This document shows, piece by piece, positions 24,865-39,659 of a stretch of DNA of 64,000 nt; position 1 is the first letter of the stretch; the number at the start of each line of letters is the position of its first letter. The position numbers and the translations under genes were made by a program. A model generated the notes under the pieces. The model had not been told where the DNA came from. It saw only the letters and a list, made by a program, of their open reading frames with translations, and did no database searches. Source of the DNA: Octopus sinensis (taxonomy: Eukaryota); contig NC_043015.1 in assembly GCF_006345805.1 (NCBI RefSeq), positions 21,762,001-21,826,000 of the forward strand, given 5' to 3'.

Positions 24865-25550
24865 ACATCATCATCATCATTGTTCGACTGTGGTCGAGAC
24901 AATGGAATTTACCATGCTACGCCAGACTTCACGGTCCATCATGGCATTACGGAGGTCCTGTTGCTGGATGCCTGTATCCCTGGAGATTACATCAGGGTAG
25001 GAGAGTGTGCGCCCTCTGGTATTGCGAGTAGATGGCTTCCAGAGGAGAAGAGTCGAAATTACTTCTTTTTCAGCTCTACAACAATGTCCAGCAAACTGGA
25101 CTCTCCTACCTTTCACAAGAGATGACACAGGTGGTAGTTTCCCATATATTTGCATTTTGGTTGGATGGCGCTTCCACGAGAGATTTTGAGCTCTCATAAG
25201 GAGGCGAGTGTAGGTTCCATCCAACCGCCTCTCAAGCTTCTTTGATAACGTCCAGGTTTCTGAGCCCTATAGTAGAATTGGTTCGACTGTGGCTTTGAAT
25301 ATTTCAAGTTTGAAGTCTCTACTTAGATTTGATGACCAGATCTTATGCATGTCATTACAGGCTGACCAGGCCATACCCTTTCTAGTTAGATAGTCTTTTC
25401 CAGATGATGATATGTATGACCCAAGATATTTATAATCAGAAACCATATTCAAGGGCGCATTGTTGAGAGTATGGATGATGCAATCACTGTTGTGACAGGC
25501 ACTTGTTTATGTATTCAGTTTTGGCCTCATTGAGGTAAAGACCTACACAA
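24865..25550 (-). mobile_element. RTE-clade LINE 3' fragment
   Basis: DYKYLGSYI, IFKATVEPILL.GSETW, RRVQFAGHC and AMMDREVWRSMV, followed by a (TGA)n tail. Confidence 0.88.
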
Positions 25551-26539
25551 TTTGAGGCACATTGGAAAAAAAATGCTGGTATGCCACATCAGATTGTTTG
25601 AAAAGCGCTGCGTTAGCCGATTTATTATTGGCGGGAGATATATGCTTCCATCATCAAATCCTTTGTTTCCTGCAAGCAAAAACGAGACCATAGACACTTG
25701 TTCGATGGGTTCGTTCAGTCATACTTCCGAATGACGGGACACAATGTAATGAAAACATCAGCTGTCACAGCTGAAGTACTTGTGCTGTTAAATCGAGTAT
25801 TGAATTCGTCGTAAATGAATTTTTGTCCAGTGACGACGCAGCAGTAATTAACATATCCACGTTCGTATCTACCGGAACATATCACAAATAAATATGCAAG
25901 CCAGCGTATTTATTTTTCGATTTCAATTATTATTATTATAGATTCCCTCCACCAGACAATAACAATTTTTGAAACGACATTACGTAATACAGAAAATAGA
26001 TATAAGTTACGATTTACAAACTCCGTGTATATTTGGCTGACTTCCAAGACAAGATCACTAAAACCATTACACAAAGCTGAATTAGCATATTTAAGGAAAT
26101 ATCGATCGTCTTCAACATTTAATAAAATATAAAACAGCAGAGAAATAAAGTCACTATATCCAAGGAAGGATAATATATTGAATTTAATCTTGATGAAAAG
26201 CTCCCAGGCACTGTAAATATAGGAAGGATTATTGCCAAATTAATCAGAGTTAATGTATGCTATCAATAACTTATTTTCTCTCTGTGTACACTCACCCCAC
26301 TATATATATATACTTACATGAAACACACATATATGTACATAACGTATGTGCGTGTGTGCATTCATATACATGTATATATGTCAATATATACATGTTTACA
26401 CGTATTATGTATCTACTCCCTTCTCTGTCTGTCTCATTCTCTGTCTCTCTGTTTATATATCTGTGTGAATATATATATATATGTATATATATATATATTC
26501 ACACACACATATATGTATATATGTATATATATATGTATG

Positions 26540-26602
<63 letters not shown>

Positions 26603-26603
26603 C

Positions 26604-26650
<47 letters not shown>

Positions 26651-26686
26651 TATGTTTGTATATATATATGTGTGCGTGTGTGTTTG

Positions 26687-26720
<34 letters not shown>

Positions 26721-26754
26721 ATATATACATATGCATACATACACACACACACTA

Positions 26755-26790
<36 letters not shown>

Positions 26791-27194
26791 TATATACATA
26801 TATATATGTGTGTGTGTGTTGTGTGTGTGTGTGTGTGTGTATGCGCACACATACACACATATTTCATTATTAAGATAAATATTTCGTATTAAATATTTGC
26901 AAAATCTAGATTTGAAGAAATTTCCTATTTGCTGTCAGGTTAATTCGTCCTCTGAATTTAATTCTAATGATGTTCTCTTGTTTGAAGTATATGATATCTG
27001 TCTTTTATGTTTTTCCGTATTTTCTGTTGTTGCTCTTTGTTAATGATATTGTTTCGTTATCCGTTGGGTATTCCTTATCGACTAGATCTAGGTTCTAAGA
27101 TTTGACTCTCCGACTTCTATAGAAGTTACGAAAAACCTCATCTTCTAATATATCCTTCAAGAGTTCTTGTGGTGGCTGTGCACCCTGATCATCA

Positions 27195-27298
27195 TCATAA
27201 TCTTCTTCTTCTTCTTCTTCTTCTTCTTCTTCTTCTTCTTCTTCTTCTTCTTCTTCTTCTTCTTCTTCTTCTTCTTCTTCTTCTTCTTCTTCTTCTTC
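27195..27298. repeat. (TTC)n tract at the CR1 3' end
   Basis: Directly visible and adjacent to the CR1 3' end. Confidence 0.95.
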
Positions 27299-27299
27299 A

Positions 27300-28275
27300 T
27301 TAATTTCAAATCAAATTTATTGGCAGGAGAAGAGCACAAATCCTTGTTAAAAATGAAAAAATAACCCAGTTATTGTTATATACAGTTTTATACATAGTTG
27401 ACACAGTTGTCCAGAGCCTCTTTGAACAGGGGATTTGTGGGCAGTTGAATGACATCTTGTGGTAGCTTGTTCCTGCGATACGGACCGTGAATGCGGCCTT
27501 CCGTCTGTTGAATCGAAAGTGTCGGCGATAGAAGTTGCGATCATGCCCACGAAGACCTTTATACGACACAGGGGCGAAAAACTCTGCACATGGTAGGTTT
27601 ACATTCCCGTTGAATATGTTGAAATCCAGGATGATATTTCTCCGCATCATCCCTTGTTCGAGTGAAGGTGATGCCAGCCGTTGGAGACGTTCCTCATATG
27701 TAAGCTTAGACAATCCTGCGACCATTCAGGTGGCTAAGTGCTGAACCCGTTCCAAGTAATGAATGTCTTTCTGGAGCTATGTGTTTTGGTCCTGGATGCA
27801 ATATTCGAGGACGAGTCGAACAAGAGGGACGTATAAGGGCCGAAACACGTCCATTGAATGGTTGACAAAGGACCGGCAGATGAGGAAAATACTCTTTCTG
27901 GCTTTGTTCATCGCCTCGATACACTGCCGTGCTGGTTTGAAAGTAGTATCGATCATTATGCCGAGGTCCCTTTCTTCAGGAACCATCTTAAGATGTTTGT
28001 GTTTGAAGCCCATATCCAAGGGAGAATTTGGAGGTGAACCTATTGGCAAATGGATGCATTTTGAGGCGTTCAAAGGCAGATCCCATTGTTCCACACAATT
28101 CCAAGCTCGGTTCAGCGCCGATTGGAGTATGTCGTATTGGCTCCTAGGAGAGACAAGTTTCACGTCGTCTGCAAATAGGAGAACTCTTGCATCAAGTAAA
28201 TCTGGCAGGTCGTTGATATAGAGAAGGAAAAGTATTGGCCCCAGCCCCGACCCCTGTGGTGACCATTCCATTTTC
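27300..28275 (-). mobile_element. CR1-clade LINE 3' fragment (RT C-terminal half)
   Basis: PQGSGLGPILFLLYINDLPD, LLFADDVKL, ERDLGIMID, LYVPLVRLVLEYC and TYEERL. The 3' UTR contains AATAAA. Confidence 0.92.
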
Positions 28276-29707
28276 TCCTTCATACATACGTCTACATTCT
28301 ATCATTTGTCCTACATTAATTACAGGTGTTGTCGCACCGTTTGTTACGCTGTTGCAACTCTCTGCACAAAATCAACTATTATATGTGGCATCTGTAAACC
28401 AACATATTCCGTGACGCTTCTAACATTCCAACATTTGATACATGTCATGGTAGAATAGCAACCGAAGTTTTCCTTAAATCCAACTCCGCGGTCTCCAATA
28501 AAACACATAAGACAATGTGGATTTAGACATAAGAAAAAGAGAGGGTGGCCACATCTAGAATGTCTTTTGCCACAAGGTTGTCATGAGGATAAATAACAAC
28601 TATAAATACACCCCAAAAACAAAAGTGTTCCCTCCATGAAATGGCGATATGTAAGACATCATAATATAATATTTCTTTGTAAGGCAGTGCGCTGCCAGAA
28701 TCACTAGCTCAACGGTATTCAAAGTTCAAGACTGTCCACTACTGCTAGCGCACAGTCATCCCTATGGCGACCGAAGCTCACTCTGAGCGCCATTGGGGCG
28801 ACTGTCCACCGCTACCAGCCCGCAGTCAGCCCTATGGCGATCACTATTATTAACGACTTGACTTGACTTGACTTGATTTGACTTGTAGCTGAAGGAGAGG
28901 AAAAAAAGAAAGAATTTCGATTATAAATAGAAGACTATAGCGAGAAGGCAACATATAAAACAACCCTTCCCCAGTTATTGGCAGTTTTACCTACTCCGCA
29001 TTGCGATCATTTTAAGAAGACGCGTCTTCGTCAAAGCAATTGCTCCCCCAAAGCAAATTAAATAAAATTTGATATACGTGGAGCGCCAAAGCTGCTAACA
29101 AAAACAGGACAGTGAAAACAATCGGTAAGGGCTGCTTAACCCTATCGAGGTGAAGTGGTGAACATTGGAGATAAAAGCTTTGTCAAGAGACAGCCAAGAA
29201 TGCTTCATATAACTGTAGCTGAACGAGAAGAAAAAGAATTTCAGTTAGAAATAGAGAACTATAATTATTGAATTATGCATAAAGTTGTAGCTTACATTCG
29301 GGGCTTGCAATTTCTCTGTAAAATTTAAGAATCGCAAAACCATCGCACACGTCGCCATCGATTACAAACACCGGTGGAAGATAAAAGTTCCAGAGGACAT
29401 TTTTGTTCTTTCGTTCGTACAAGTATCGTATTATGCTTCGGCTTAAAATAAATTATAGATACAAATATAATATATAGAAATATAGAGATATATAAAAACC
29501 CAGAATAGAACATAAATGTCTTAGGCATATAAAATGAGAACACATGAGATATCATGGTGTTATAAACTTGAAATCTAATAGAATATCACAGATTATATAT
29601 ATCAGGTCATCCCATCAGTTCTGTTCGATTTTACCTTTTTTAAATCTAAATGAAAGTTAATAGTATTTTCAAATGTCTAATTCAATTCAAAATCATTTAT
29701 AGGTATT

Positions 29708-30097
29708 TACTCTTTTACTCTTTTACTCTTTTACTTGTTTCAGTCATTTGACTGCGGCCATGCTGGAGCACCGCCTTTAATCGAGCAAATCGACCCCGGG
29801 ACTTATTCTTTTGTAAGCCCAGTACTTATTCTATGTGTCTCTTTTGCCGAACCGCTAAGTAACAGGGACATAAACACACCAGCATCGGTTGTCCAGCAAT
29901 ACTAAGGGGACAAACACAGACACACAAACACACACACGCATATATATATACATATATACGACGGGCTTCTTTCAGTTTCCGTCTACCAAATCAACTCCCG
30001 AGGCTATAGTAGAAGACACTTGCCCAAGGTGCCACGCAGTGGGACTGAACCCGGAACCAAGCGGTTGGTAAACAAGCTACTTACCACACAGCCACTC
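29708..30097 (-). mobile_element. tRNA-type SINE, family A (octopus-like)
   Basis: Minus-strand head GAGTGGCTGTGTGG (A-box-like) ... GGTTCAGTCCC (B-box-like), then a CORE-like CCTTGGGCAAGT and a (AAAGAGTA)n tail. A homologous copy lies at 31247-31608. Confidence 0.85.
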
Positions 30098-31030
30098 GTG
30101 TACGTTTAAACTAATTAGATATTGTTTTAGAGAATAAGAGACGGTGTCCACAAAGTCTGGATACATGGAGATTAACACATACTTTTAAAAGAAACAATAT
30201 GAGGACAACAAATAAGATGAGGACAAATATACGTCAAATGTAAATGATGTAAATAATGCACATAATTCCTCATCTCTTAAATATAGAACTGTAGAAACTT
30301 AGCTAAGTAGCGATGAAATGGTGAAACCAATACTCTGCTTTGAAAACAACGGTGCTGATTCGATATTTTCACCCCAGGTCAGTCCTAGATGCGTCAAGCA
30401 TTGATCATTGCCTAGGGCTATATTATATTATGTGTCCTCTTCCTTTAAAGAGAGTAGAATCTGGTTTGAATCATATTCGACTATTACTTCTAGCCGGACG
30501 AATGATCGCAAAAAACAGTTTTCTCGTTGCTTTTGCTCTTGCTATTTAGTAGTAGGTTCTATTTGATGAAGGAATCGTATGAACAGAGGTAATGTATCAG
30601 TGATCGACCTGGCTATTTTCTATGGGCAGGTAACTCAGAACCATATTCTATGATATGTTCTTTCCTGGTAAGACTAAGAGTGACGTGAGAGATGATTACT
30701 ATTTCAAGCCCGTCGTATAACCCTGTAGAGACTATCTCAGAGGCTCAATTTGTTGGTTGAACCGAAGACTGTTATCCGACAAGTAAATCGTGAAGGCAGC
30801 TTTGCTCATCATTCAACTGGTTCTTTAACTACAGGTTCTACACACCTACATCATATATTATTTAATAAACTGTCGCTATATTCTGGTAAAATATGGCTTT
30901 TTGTCACGCATTTTGCTGATGAATAATAATAAACATTTGCTTCTTCCGGGGAGCACTGGGGCCGATGCGACCGAATTATCCCTCCACCGCAGTTGCTTGC
31001 CTTGCACCAACATTTGAGACCAATATGATA

Positions 31031-31231
31031 TTCTTTTCTACTCTAGGCACAAGGACCGAAATTTTGGTTGAGGGGTCCAATCGATTATATCGAGCCAGTA
31101 CGCAACTGGTATTTAATTTATCGACCCCGAAAGATGAAAGGCAAAGTGGGCGGAATTTGAACTCAGAACGCAAAGACGAAATACCGCTAAGCATTTCACT
31201 CGGCGTGCTAACCACTCTGCCAGCTCACCGC
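31031..31231 (-). mobile_element. tRNA-type SINE, family B
   Basis: Minus-strand GCGGTGAGCTGGCAGAGTGG (A-box-like) ... GAGTTCAAATTCC (B-box-like). Several homologous copies occur in the window. Confidence 0.85.
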
Positions 31232-31246
31232 ATTTAGACCAATATT

Positions 31247-31608
31247 CTTTCATTCTTTTATTTATTTCAGTCATTTGACAGCGGCCATGCTGGAGTACCA
31301 CCTTTATTCGGGCAAATCAACCCCAGGGCTTATTCTTTTAAAAACTAGTTCTTATTCTATCGATTATCAAACGATGTTGGGGGTACAAACACAGACATAC
31401 GAAAATACACACACCACACACACACATATATATACACACATATATATATGTACACGACGACGGGCTTCATTCAGTTTCCGTCCACCAAATCCACTCACAA
31501 GGCTTTGATGGCCTGAGGCTATAGTAGAAGACACTTGCCCAAGTTACCACGCAGTAGGACTGAAATCGGACTGATTGGTAAGCAAGCTACTTACCACACA
31601 GCCACTCC
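31247..31608 (-). mobile_element. tRNA-type SINE, family A
   Basis: Homologous along its length to 29708-30097. Confidence 0.85.
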
Positions 31609-32919
31609 TACTTTTTTTAAATAAAAACTCTCTAAAGTAATTCTACCCCTATTTCTAACAGAGAAGGAATCATATTGGCTTTCCCGTTAAACATTCACAT
31701 ATTTATTTCCTTTTCTCTGCAAAGGATCTTCTCTGCAGTGACCTCCCTCTCACTCCACCCCCCCCCCCCCGTCACATGCAATTGCATCCCAGCTTTTGTA
31801 ACATCCTCTACAAATTTCGACCTGCAGTCTCCAGCTTCCTTCTTTCCTTCCTTTCTTTCTTCCTTTCTTTCTTTCTTCCTTTCTTTCTACTTTTCTTTCT
31901 TTCTTTCTTTCTTTTTTTCTTTCTGTTTCTACCTCTGTGTTATCCTTGTTTCTGTCTGTGTCTGTCTGTGTCTCTGTCTGCCTGTCTGTCTCTGACTGTC
32001 TCTGAATGTCAATCTGTCCGTCTGTTTAACACTTTCTTTCTTCTTTTTTCTCTCCCCCCCCCTCTCTCTCTCTCCCTATCTCTCCCTCCTAACTAACTTA
32101 CTCTCGATGTTTATAGGTGGAATTCCATCTATACAAAATAGTTTTTCCGATTTTCTTTGTTTTCCTGTATCTAATTGTGATATTTTAATTTGAAACATCG
32201 AACTGGCAGTTTTAACATCTCCGGAGGTGGAATTACCAACATTACCCTGACAGGGCGTAAAAAGGGGAATAGAGCAAACAACCGTTTGTGGACTGGCGAC
32301 ATCAATGAACAGACTCGAAAGAAGAGTCTAACTGACTGCATGTATGCAACACCAGAGCAGAGGTCTTGTGGGAAGCTGGCCTCTGGACACACAGCGTAGT
32401 TCCCATGGCTGATAAAGGCAGATATGCAGAGCGGATCACTAATACCATTTATATAGTATCTCCGTTCTCACGTATTTCACTCAATTCAAATTTACAAAAT
32501 ATTGCCACGTATAATTCCTGATTTATTTCAATTTTAAGAAACGGCAATATTATGCACAACTCAATAACTATTTCTATTATTGGAAAAATCTAAATGCATT
32601 TCTCAGCTGAAGAGGAACCAAGTACACCTACGCGGCAATCAGTAAATCTAACCAATCACAAGAAGTTTATGAAAATTTAATAATTTCCAGGTTTCATTAT
32701 TTCTCGCTATTACATTATTTTAAGACAATCTAATGGAAGAATATGGCTATTTCATATTTCTCTCAAACAATATCTATTAAGTAGGGGCTTTTTCACTTTT
32801 TCTCTCACTATGTAACATATGAATAGGTCTCAGTCATCTTCTATAGTTTGCTACGACTAGCGTTCTTATACTGTCTGCCTTTCTTGTCTGTCTATGTATG
32901 TACGTATGTATGTATGCAT

Positions 32920-32933
32920 TTAACTATCTATCC

Positions 32934-33030
<97 letters not shown>

Positions 33031-33031
33031 C

Positions 33032-33088
<57 letters not shown>

Positions 33089-33089
33089 C

Positions 33090-33158
<69 letters not shown>

Positions 33159-33180
33159 GCTAGCTAGCTAGCTACCTAGC
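32920..33180. repeat. (TCTA)n grading into (TAGC)n
   Basis: Directly visible. Confidence 0.97.
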
Positions 33181-34298
33181 TTGCTAGCTTCCAACGTACT
33201 TCAATAAGTACCAATGCATCTACTATTAGTATAATGTATTTGTATGTGTATGTATGTGTGTGTGTAATTATGTATCTATTACACACATGCCTACACATAG
33301 ATATATTATATAATGCACATTTAAAGTTTATTTTAAAATGCGTATTATCGTATATTATCTTACCTTATGCGTATCTGCATTTAGGAAAGACACATTTCCA
33401 GGTTTTTACTCTTCATTATTAAATATTCAATTATATCAGTTTTCTGGTTGTTCATCAATGCATGTCCCAGATAATGCGCTTTTACGTGTATATATTGTCA
33501 CTCTCTCCTGCAGTTAATTATCTTAGCCATGTCTATCGGCTCTGTTTCGTATTACGAAATAATACTTGCAATGCTTCCGAGTGTGATTGTCATTCGATAT
33601 CGGAAGGTAATTACTATTTGTTGACCTCGAACGGAAGGCTTATGTCCTACCTTCAATGGGCAAATAGCTCGGTCGTTGAATGTAATTGTATATCTGTGTT
33701 ACTAAAATATGCTTGCTGCCTGAGACTTGCATTGTCATTAATTTTTCTATTCTGTTAGACATTATCTACTTTCTAAACACCTTATGTTCTTCAGTGTCGT
33801 TACTGTTCGGTTGAGTGCATGAAAAAATAGCTTTTAGCGTTGACGGTCCTTATTATTAGGAATCTACGACTAAATTCTCAAACTTACTGTAAGTAATTTG
33901 AGTGCGTTTTCATAAACTATTTCTTACAAGAGGTATATCCACATATGTGTTTCCTCCTTGGCTATTCTATGTTTTATAGAGGGTTTATAACGATGTCGAA
34001 ATGTTACAATCTTTGCACCGTGATATTCGGTGAAATTTACATCAGTCCATAGATCGATTGAATATACGGGAAGACCACTTCAAGGGGAGCTCAAATTGGC
34101 GGTGTATAGAGATTAACGAAATATCATTTCTGACATCTAATCAAAACTATATTGATTATGGTAGGAGAGGTTAATCGATTATGTTGACCTCAGCACTTGA
34201 TTGCTACTTTATTGCATCGTGTTCTAAACATGATAAGATCACTGAACATAAAGATTGACTAACAATTGGCACCCCGTTCTAATGATAATAGATAAAGA

Positions 34299-34728
34299 TC
34301 CTTTCTACGATAGACACAAGGCCTGAAATTCTGGGCAAGGGCCGTAGTCGATTGCGTTGATCTCATTACATGACTGGTACTTTTTTATAGTCCCCGGGAG
34401 GACGACATCGTAAAGTCAACTCCGGGAGAATTTGAACTCAGAACGTAAATACGAACGAAATACATCAAAGCATTTTGCCGGCGTGTTAGCGATTCCGCCA
34501 ACACGCCATCTTTCTGAGAATAAATAATGCTTTTAAATTTTGGCATCAAGACCAACACTTTTGTGGGAGAGGTTTGTCGACCCCAGTTCTTAGTTGGTAT
34601 TTGCTTTATTGATCGTGAATGGTAAACGCAAAGTGGATCTCCACGGAATTGGAATTCAGAACGTAGAGAGAGGAACTGGCACTAAGCGTTTTGTTGAGCG
34701 GGCTTGCATTTCTGGTCTTTCGCCGCGT
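34299..34728 (-). mobile_element. Two adjacent diverged family-B SINE copies (34299-34507, 34540-34728)
   Basis: Both show the AATTTGAACTCAGAACGTA/GAATTCAGAACGTA B-box region and a GTCGACCCCAG-like body. Confidence 0.7.
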
Positions 34729-35556
34729 TAATCATAATGATTAAAACTCCCATTAAAAAACCAACTTAGTATGCTGAAATAGGTTATCAATTAAACCAAC
34801 ATCCGTTTTGAATTCTTACTTATTTTGTTGTCAAATTTATGACAGACTGAAATCGATCTTAATTAGAGTTGAACAAAAAAACAAAACAAAAAACAACAAC
34901 AACAAATTCAGGAAAGGAACAGAATACCCTAATCCGCTTTCCCGATGCTCTGTTATTTCTACTCCTCTGCTAATAGTGCTGTATGATGCAATGTATTGAA
35001 GTGTCTCATTGTGACTAATACATGTTGAAATGGAGAGGAAATAGATTAATTTTATATTGAATGCAACAGTTAGTATCATGAAATATGCATCGTTCGTGTG
35101 GGCATGTAAATTTGTAATTCATATTAGTAATCAGAATGGTTTTACAGTGAAATGAAAGTCGATGAGGTATTTTACAATTATAGTTGGAATTTAATGTTTA
35201 CCCTTCGTTAGTTTTGTTTTTCAAGTAATGTGTTTTCATTTCAATTTAATGTAATTTTCTAACAAAGTATTCATTTAGTATATATCTTTGAAAGCACTTA
35301 GTTCACTGAAGTCAGTTTTTGTCATGTAACTTTGATGTTCGTAGTAATCGCAAACGGTATATTTAGTCCAATTTATTTGTTTCAGTAGCGTTGTGTGATT
35401 TGGAATTTGTAATTATATGAATATACATTATTTGTTAGCATTTGAAGAAATACAACAAACTTTGTATCAATTTCCTTTTGAAGTGCTTGATATCAAGTAG
35501 CTATGTAAAATGTGACATCTATCTATCTATCTCTGCATATATATATATATATATGC

Positions 35557-35616
<60 letters not shown>

Positions 35617-35618
35617 AT

Positions 35619-35658
<40 letters not shown>

Positions 35659-35677
35659 GTATGTATACATTCATACA

Positions 35678-35719
<42 letters not shown>

Positions 35720-36599
35720 TGTATGTGGGACTGTGAGTGAAAATTACATCATGGAAAATCATTTAACAATTCAAGCAAGGGCAAAATTTGTAACATGTAC
35801 CTCTGTTATTTTTTACCTATCATGAAGGTACTGTCTGCCATGAAGCGACATAGTCTGTAACCAAATTTGGATGCATGTATGAAAATGTTTTAAAGATTCA
35901 TATGTAAGTGAGTCTCTTAAGGAAACCTTTTTATCAAATCAGTTGCCCACTTTATAAAAGCTAACTGCAATACATGTCGATGTAAGGCAAGCTGTAGAGA
36001 AATGCATGACACCAAATGAGAAAGAAAAAACAAATTTTGCAACCTTAGCTTTTCTTTCAAAATTTAATCTTTAATTGATAAACAAAATACAATAAGTTTT
36101 GCAAAGTGAACTGACCGCTGTAATAATCATTGACTTGCACAAAATGTTGTCTTGGAGCTGCCAGACATGCGATGATTGTTATATCGAATAATCAGAAATA
36201 CTCAACACTGGTCTCTTTAGTTTGTTGCATTTAATTCTCAAAATTAAATGCGATTTTGATGTAAAGTGGAAATATTTTAGTTAAGATATCCCGCCTCATC
36301 TGTAAAAGAAAACAGATTCAATAGCATAAAGTTATTAAAAATCTGCTTTCGGTGAACCAATTGTAATATTAGTTATAACATGTGAGATACAAGTAATCAT
36401 AGGAGGAAATAAATGGTTTAATAAGTGTTATATATGGGTTGATTCCTAGATCGGCACTTTATCAGGGAATGTCCTGACTGTTCCATTTGGGTATTTAGTT
36501 TCTCCCTACTGACCCTCTTCCAGTATACAGCATTGATTATTTCATTAAAGTAAATGCAGCATGTATAGTGGGAGCAAGGCGGGTACCGTCTATACTGTT

Positions 36600-36830
36600 T
36601 TAGTATGAAATGTGGGACAAACATAGGATAATAGAGGAGAATAAGACTATTATTAGAAGGAAAGGTAAATGGTGAACAGGGAGAGGAAAGCGTACGACAA
36701 ACCTGTTTGATAAAATTAAATATTAAGCAAAACTATCATACAATGAATATGCAAGAATGACAAGGAAAAGAGGCAAATTGAAGTCCGTGATATTTAACCT
36801 ATTGAGAGAAGAGAAAATAATGATGATGGC
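36600..36830 (+). mobile_element. Highly decayed RTE 3' end
   Basis: RLLLEGKVNGEQGRGKR...KLKSVIFNLLREEK resembles the RTE C-terminal LEGKVEGKRGRGRP motif and ends in (TGA)n. Confidence 0.5.
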
Positions 36831-37132
36831 GAATATGTTACATGTAGTCGGCAGATGTTACCCAGCTTGGTTTGTACTTCATTTAGTCAATGGTTGGTAG
36901 GGATAATCTGCATTGAACATAAAGAGACTGTTGGAGACAGCTCTCCTGTGCAAATTGAGTTTTAATAAATCCTCTGATTTTGAGTTGGAAACGAATCTCA
37001 AAGAATATACGGTGGCGTCACAAAGGAAGATACATTAATCTGTCTATGCAGTATCTGTATATGCACACACATGCACACACAAGCCTAAACACGTATATAT
37101 ACGTATATCCATACGGATAGATATATCTGTGC

Positions 37133-37194
<62 letters not shown>

Positions 37195-37547
37195 TCATAT
37201 ATATACCATATCCACTTAGAGTGGAAGTAGGACTCGGGGAGGCATAAAACAAGATAGCTGATCGCATATTCTCTGTAAGATTATATGCATGCATTTATCA
37301 CTTAAAGAAGTTTGATAGATATATTTGCATATTTGCTCACACAACTAACCTTGTGTGGTTTAACGCCACAAATCACTTTTTTTCCGAATAGAATACAATT
37401 ATGAATAACATTACCATGCTTATACGAATACAAATGCCATACTCATATTACATACATTGTCAAAAGCATATATGCACAGCCGTATATGGGCCTATATGCG
37501 TGTAGTGTTTACTAGTGTATATATGTATAAAGATATTCAAGAAACTC

Positions 37548-37618
<71 letters not shown>

Positions 37619-37778
37619 TATATATACATATATATGGGTTATATACAGATATATAAGATATATATATATATATGTATATATATAAGTTATATATATAAAC
37701 ATATATATATATATGTATGTATACATATACATATATATACATATAACGATATATATATATAAATATATATCTTATATA

Positions 37779-37859
<81 letters not shown>

Positions 37860-38684
37860 ATGTATATATCTATGTGTACATATGTATATGTATATATATA
37901 TATAAACTCACATCCACACATCAGTGTATCTATCTACTGATTTATCCATCTCTGTATCGTTCTTTGTCTTTGTGCATCGACCTATTAAGCTATGTATATG
38001 CATATGTACATACATGCATCAATATGCTACTTCCACACCCTCAACATAAAATGCAAACACACACATATACACGCGTACACACACGCATACATTTACTTAT
38101 AATCTTTTGCTAAAACGCAGATTCCTATCAACAATTTTCAATATAAATCATGCAGTGATAATCATAGAAACGGCCAATGACAAATTTGACCGTAGAAAAT
38201 AGATATATAATGTTTAATTCATTTGCCCGTCTGCGTATGGCGTTCACCACGATTTCACTAATATTAACACGCAACATTTGGCTTGAAAATTTCTGTGGTC
38301 TGAACTCTATCTGGAATGCTATCAAGAAAAACAGTCACTGACGATTATTGCCAACTACACATGATCAATGGCGGACAAAACTGCTGTAATGAATGGCGAT
38401 ATAATATTGTGGCTGCAGTTCTCTAGAAGAAATTCTTATTTCAGGATGTAAATAATTTTGAGTATTAAGTCACTTAGTACGGTGAGGCGATTTCAATCTA
38501 ATTTAGGCATGAATTTTACACGTTAATCTGCTTTGAAGAATTAATAATTTAATACCTGTATTATAGAATGAAATTGTTGAGGTAGCAATGGAAATGTTCC
38601 GTTGGGTAAGATGTAAATGATCCCTCTGCTTGTTGATAAAATTCTCTTGTCGTTTCAATTATTTATACCTATTTCTTTACTACC

Positions 38685-38918
38685 CACAATAGGCTAACCA
38701 CAGAGAGGACAAACAAGGACAGACAAATGGATTAAGTAGATTATATCAACCCCAGTGCGTAACTGGTAGTTATTTAATCGATCCCGAAAGGATGAAAGGT
38801 AAAGTTGACCTCGGCGGAATTTGAACTCACAACGTAACGACAGACGAAATACGGCTACGCATTTCGCCCGGCATGCTAACGTTTCTGCCAGGTCGCCGCC
38901 TTATCAAGCTCGCCGCCT
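38685..38918 (-). mobile_element. tRNA-type SINE, family B variant
   Basis: GACCTCGGCGGAATTTGAACTC...CATTTCGCCCGGCATGCTAACGTTTCTGCCAG is homologous to 31031-31231. Confidence 0.85.
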
Positions 38919-39177
38919 TTGTCCTTTCAATCATTTATACCAACTTCTCTTCAAGTTAAAGATTGTCTGAGCATTTCAATAATCAGCATGCTTGTTTATC
39001 CTTAACGTGTTTCTTATTTAAAAAAATCGAGATGCGGAATAACAAATACAGTTCACGTATATATTTCTTTCTTTCATAAGTCTTAAATCCCCATCACCAG
39101 CGTTATTACGTTAAAATGTACTTCCTTAAGATACCTTGTCATTGGCCTCCAAACTAAATACACGGTGCTTAGTATAT

Positions 39178-39180
39178 TCA

Positions 39181-39272
<92 letters not shown>

Positions 39273-39410
39273 CGTCGTCGGTGTTGTTGTTATAATGATT
39301 ATTATCAGTAGTAGTAACAATAGTAGTAGTAATATCAGTAGTAGTAGTATTAGTATTGGTAATAGTGCTACCATAGTCATCATCATCATCATAATCATTA
39401 TTATCTCCTT
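39178..39410. repeat. (ATT)n compound microsatellite
   Basis: Directly visible. Confidence 0.95.
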
Positions 39411-39659
39411 TTAATTCTGTTTCCATTCCTTGCCGACCGTCTTCCTGACACCTAGAGCAAAGAAACCTATCGTATAAATGTCTTGTGTTAGAATACCTAA
39501 GCGACTGACTTAATACTCAAATTATTTACTTTATAAAATAAGAATTTCTCCAAAAGAGCCGGAGCTACATTATTATTATTGTTGTTGTTGTTGTTATTGT
39601 TGTTTTGCACAAATAATGCTGGAGATGTACTACTGTACATCTATCAGTGAACTTATTTT

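Noticed and set aside
27080-27200. Minus-strand peptide DDDQGAQPPQELLKDIL resembling the dynein heavy chain GAQPPIELLRQ motif
   Set aside because: The match is short, adjacent to a repeat, has a stop soon after, and has no supporting neighbouring exons or splice sites.
30125-30295. Tc1/MITE-like terminal fragments (GGTGTCCACAAAGTCTGG; CATCTCTTAAATATAGAACTGTA)
   Set aside because: No matching partner TIR is visible in the window, so boundaries cannot be supported.
32171-32399. GC-richer overlapping ORFs (69 and 73 aa)
   Set aside because: No recognisable domain and no clear splice signals. The faint APE-like GSFNI is insufficient.
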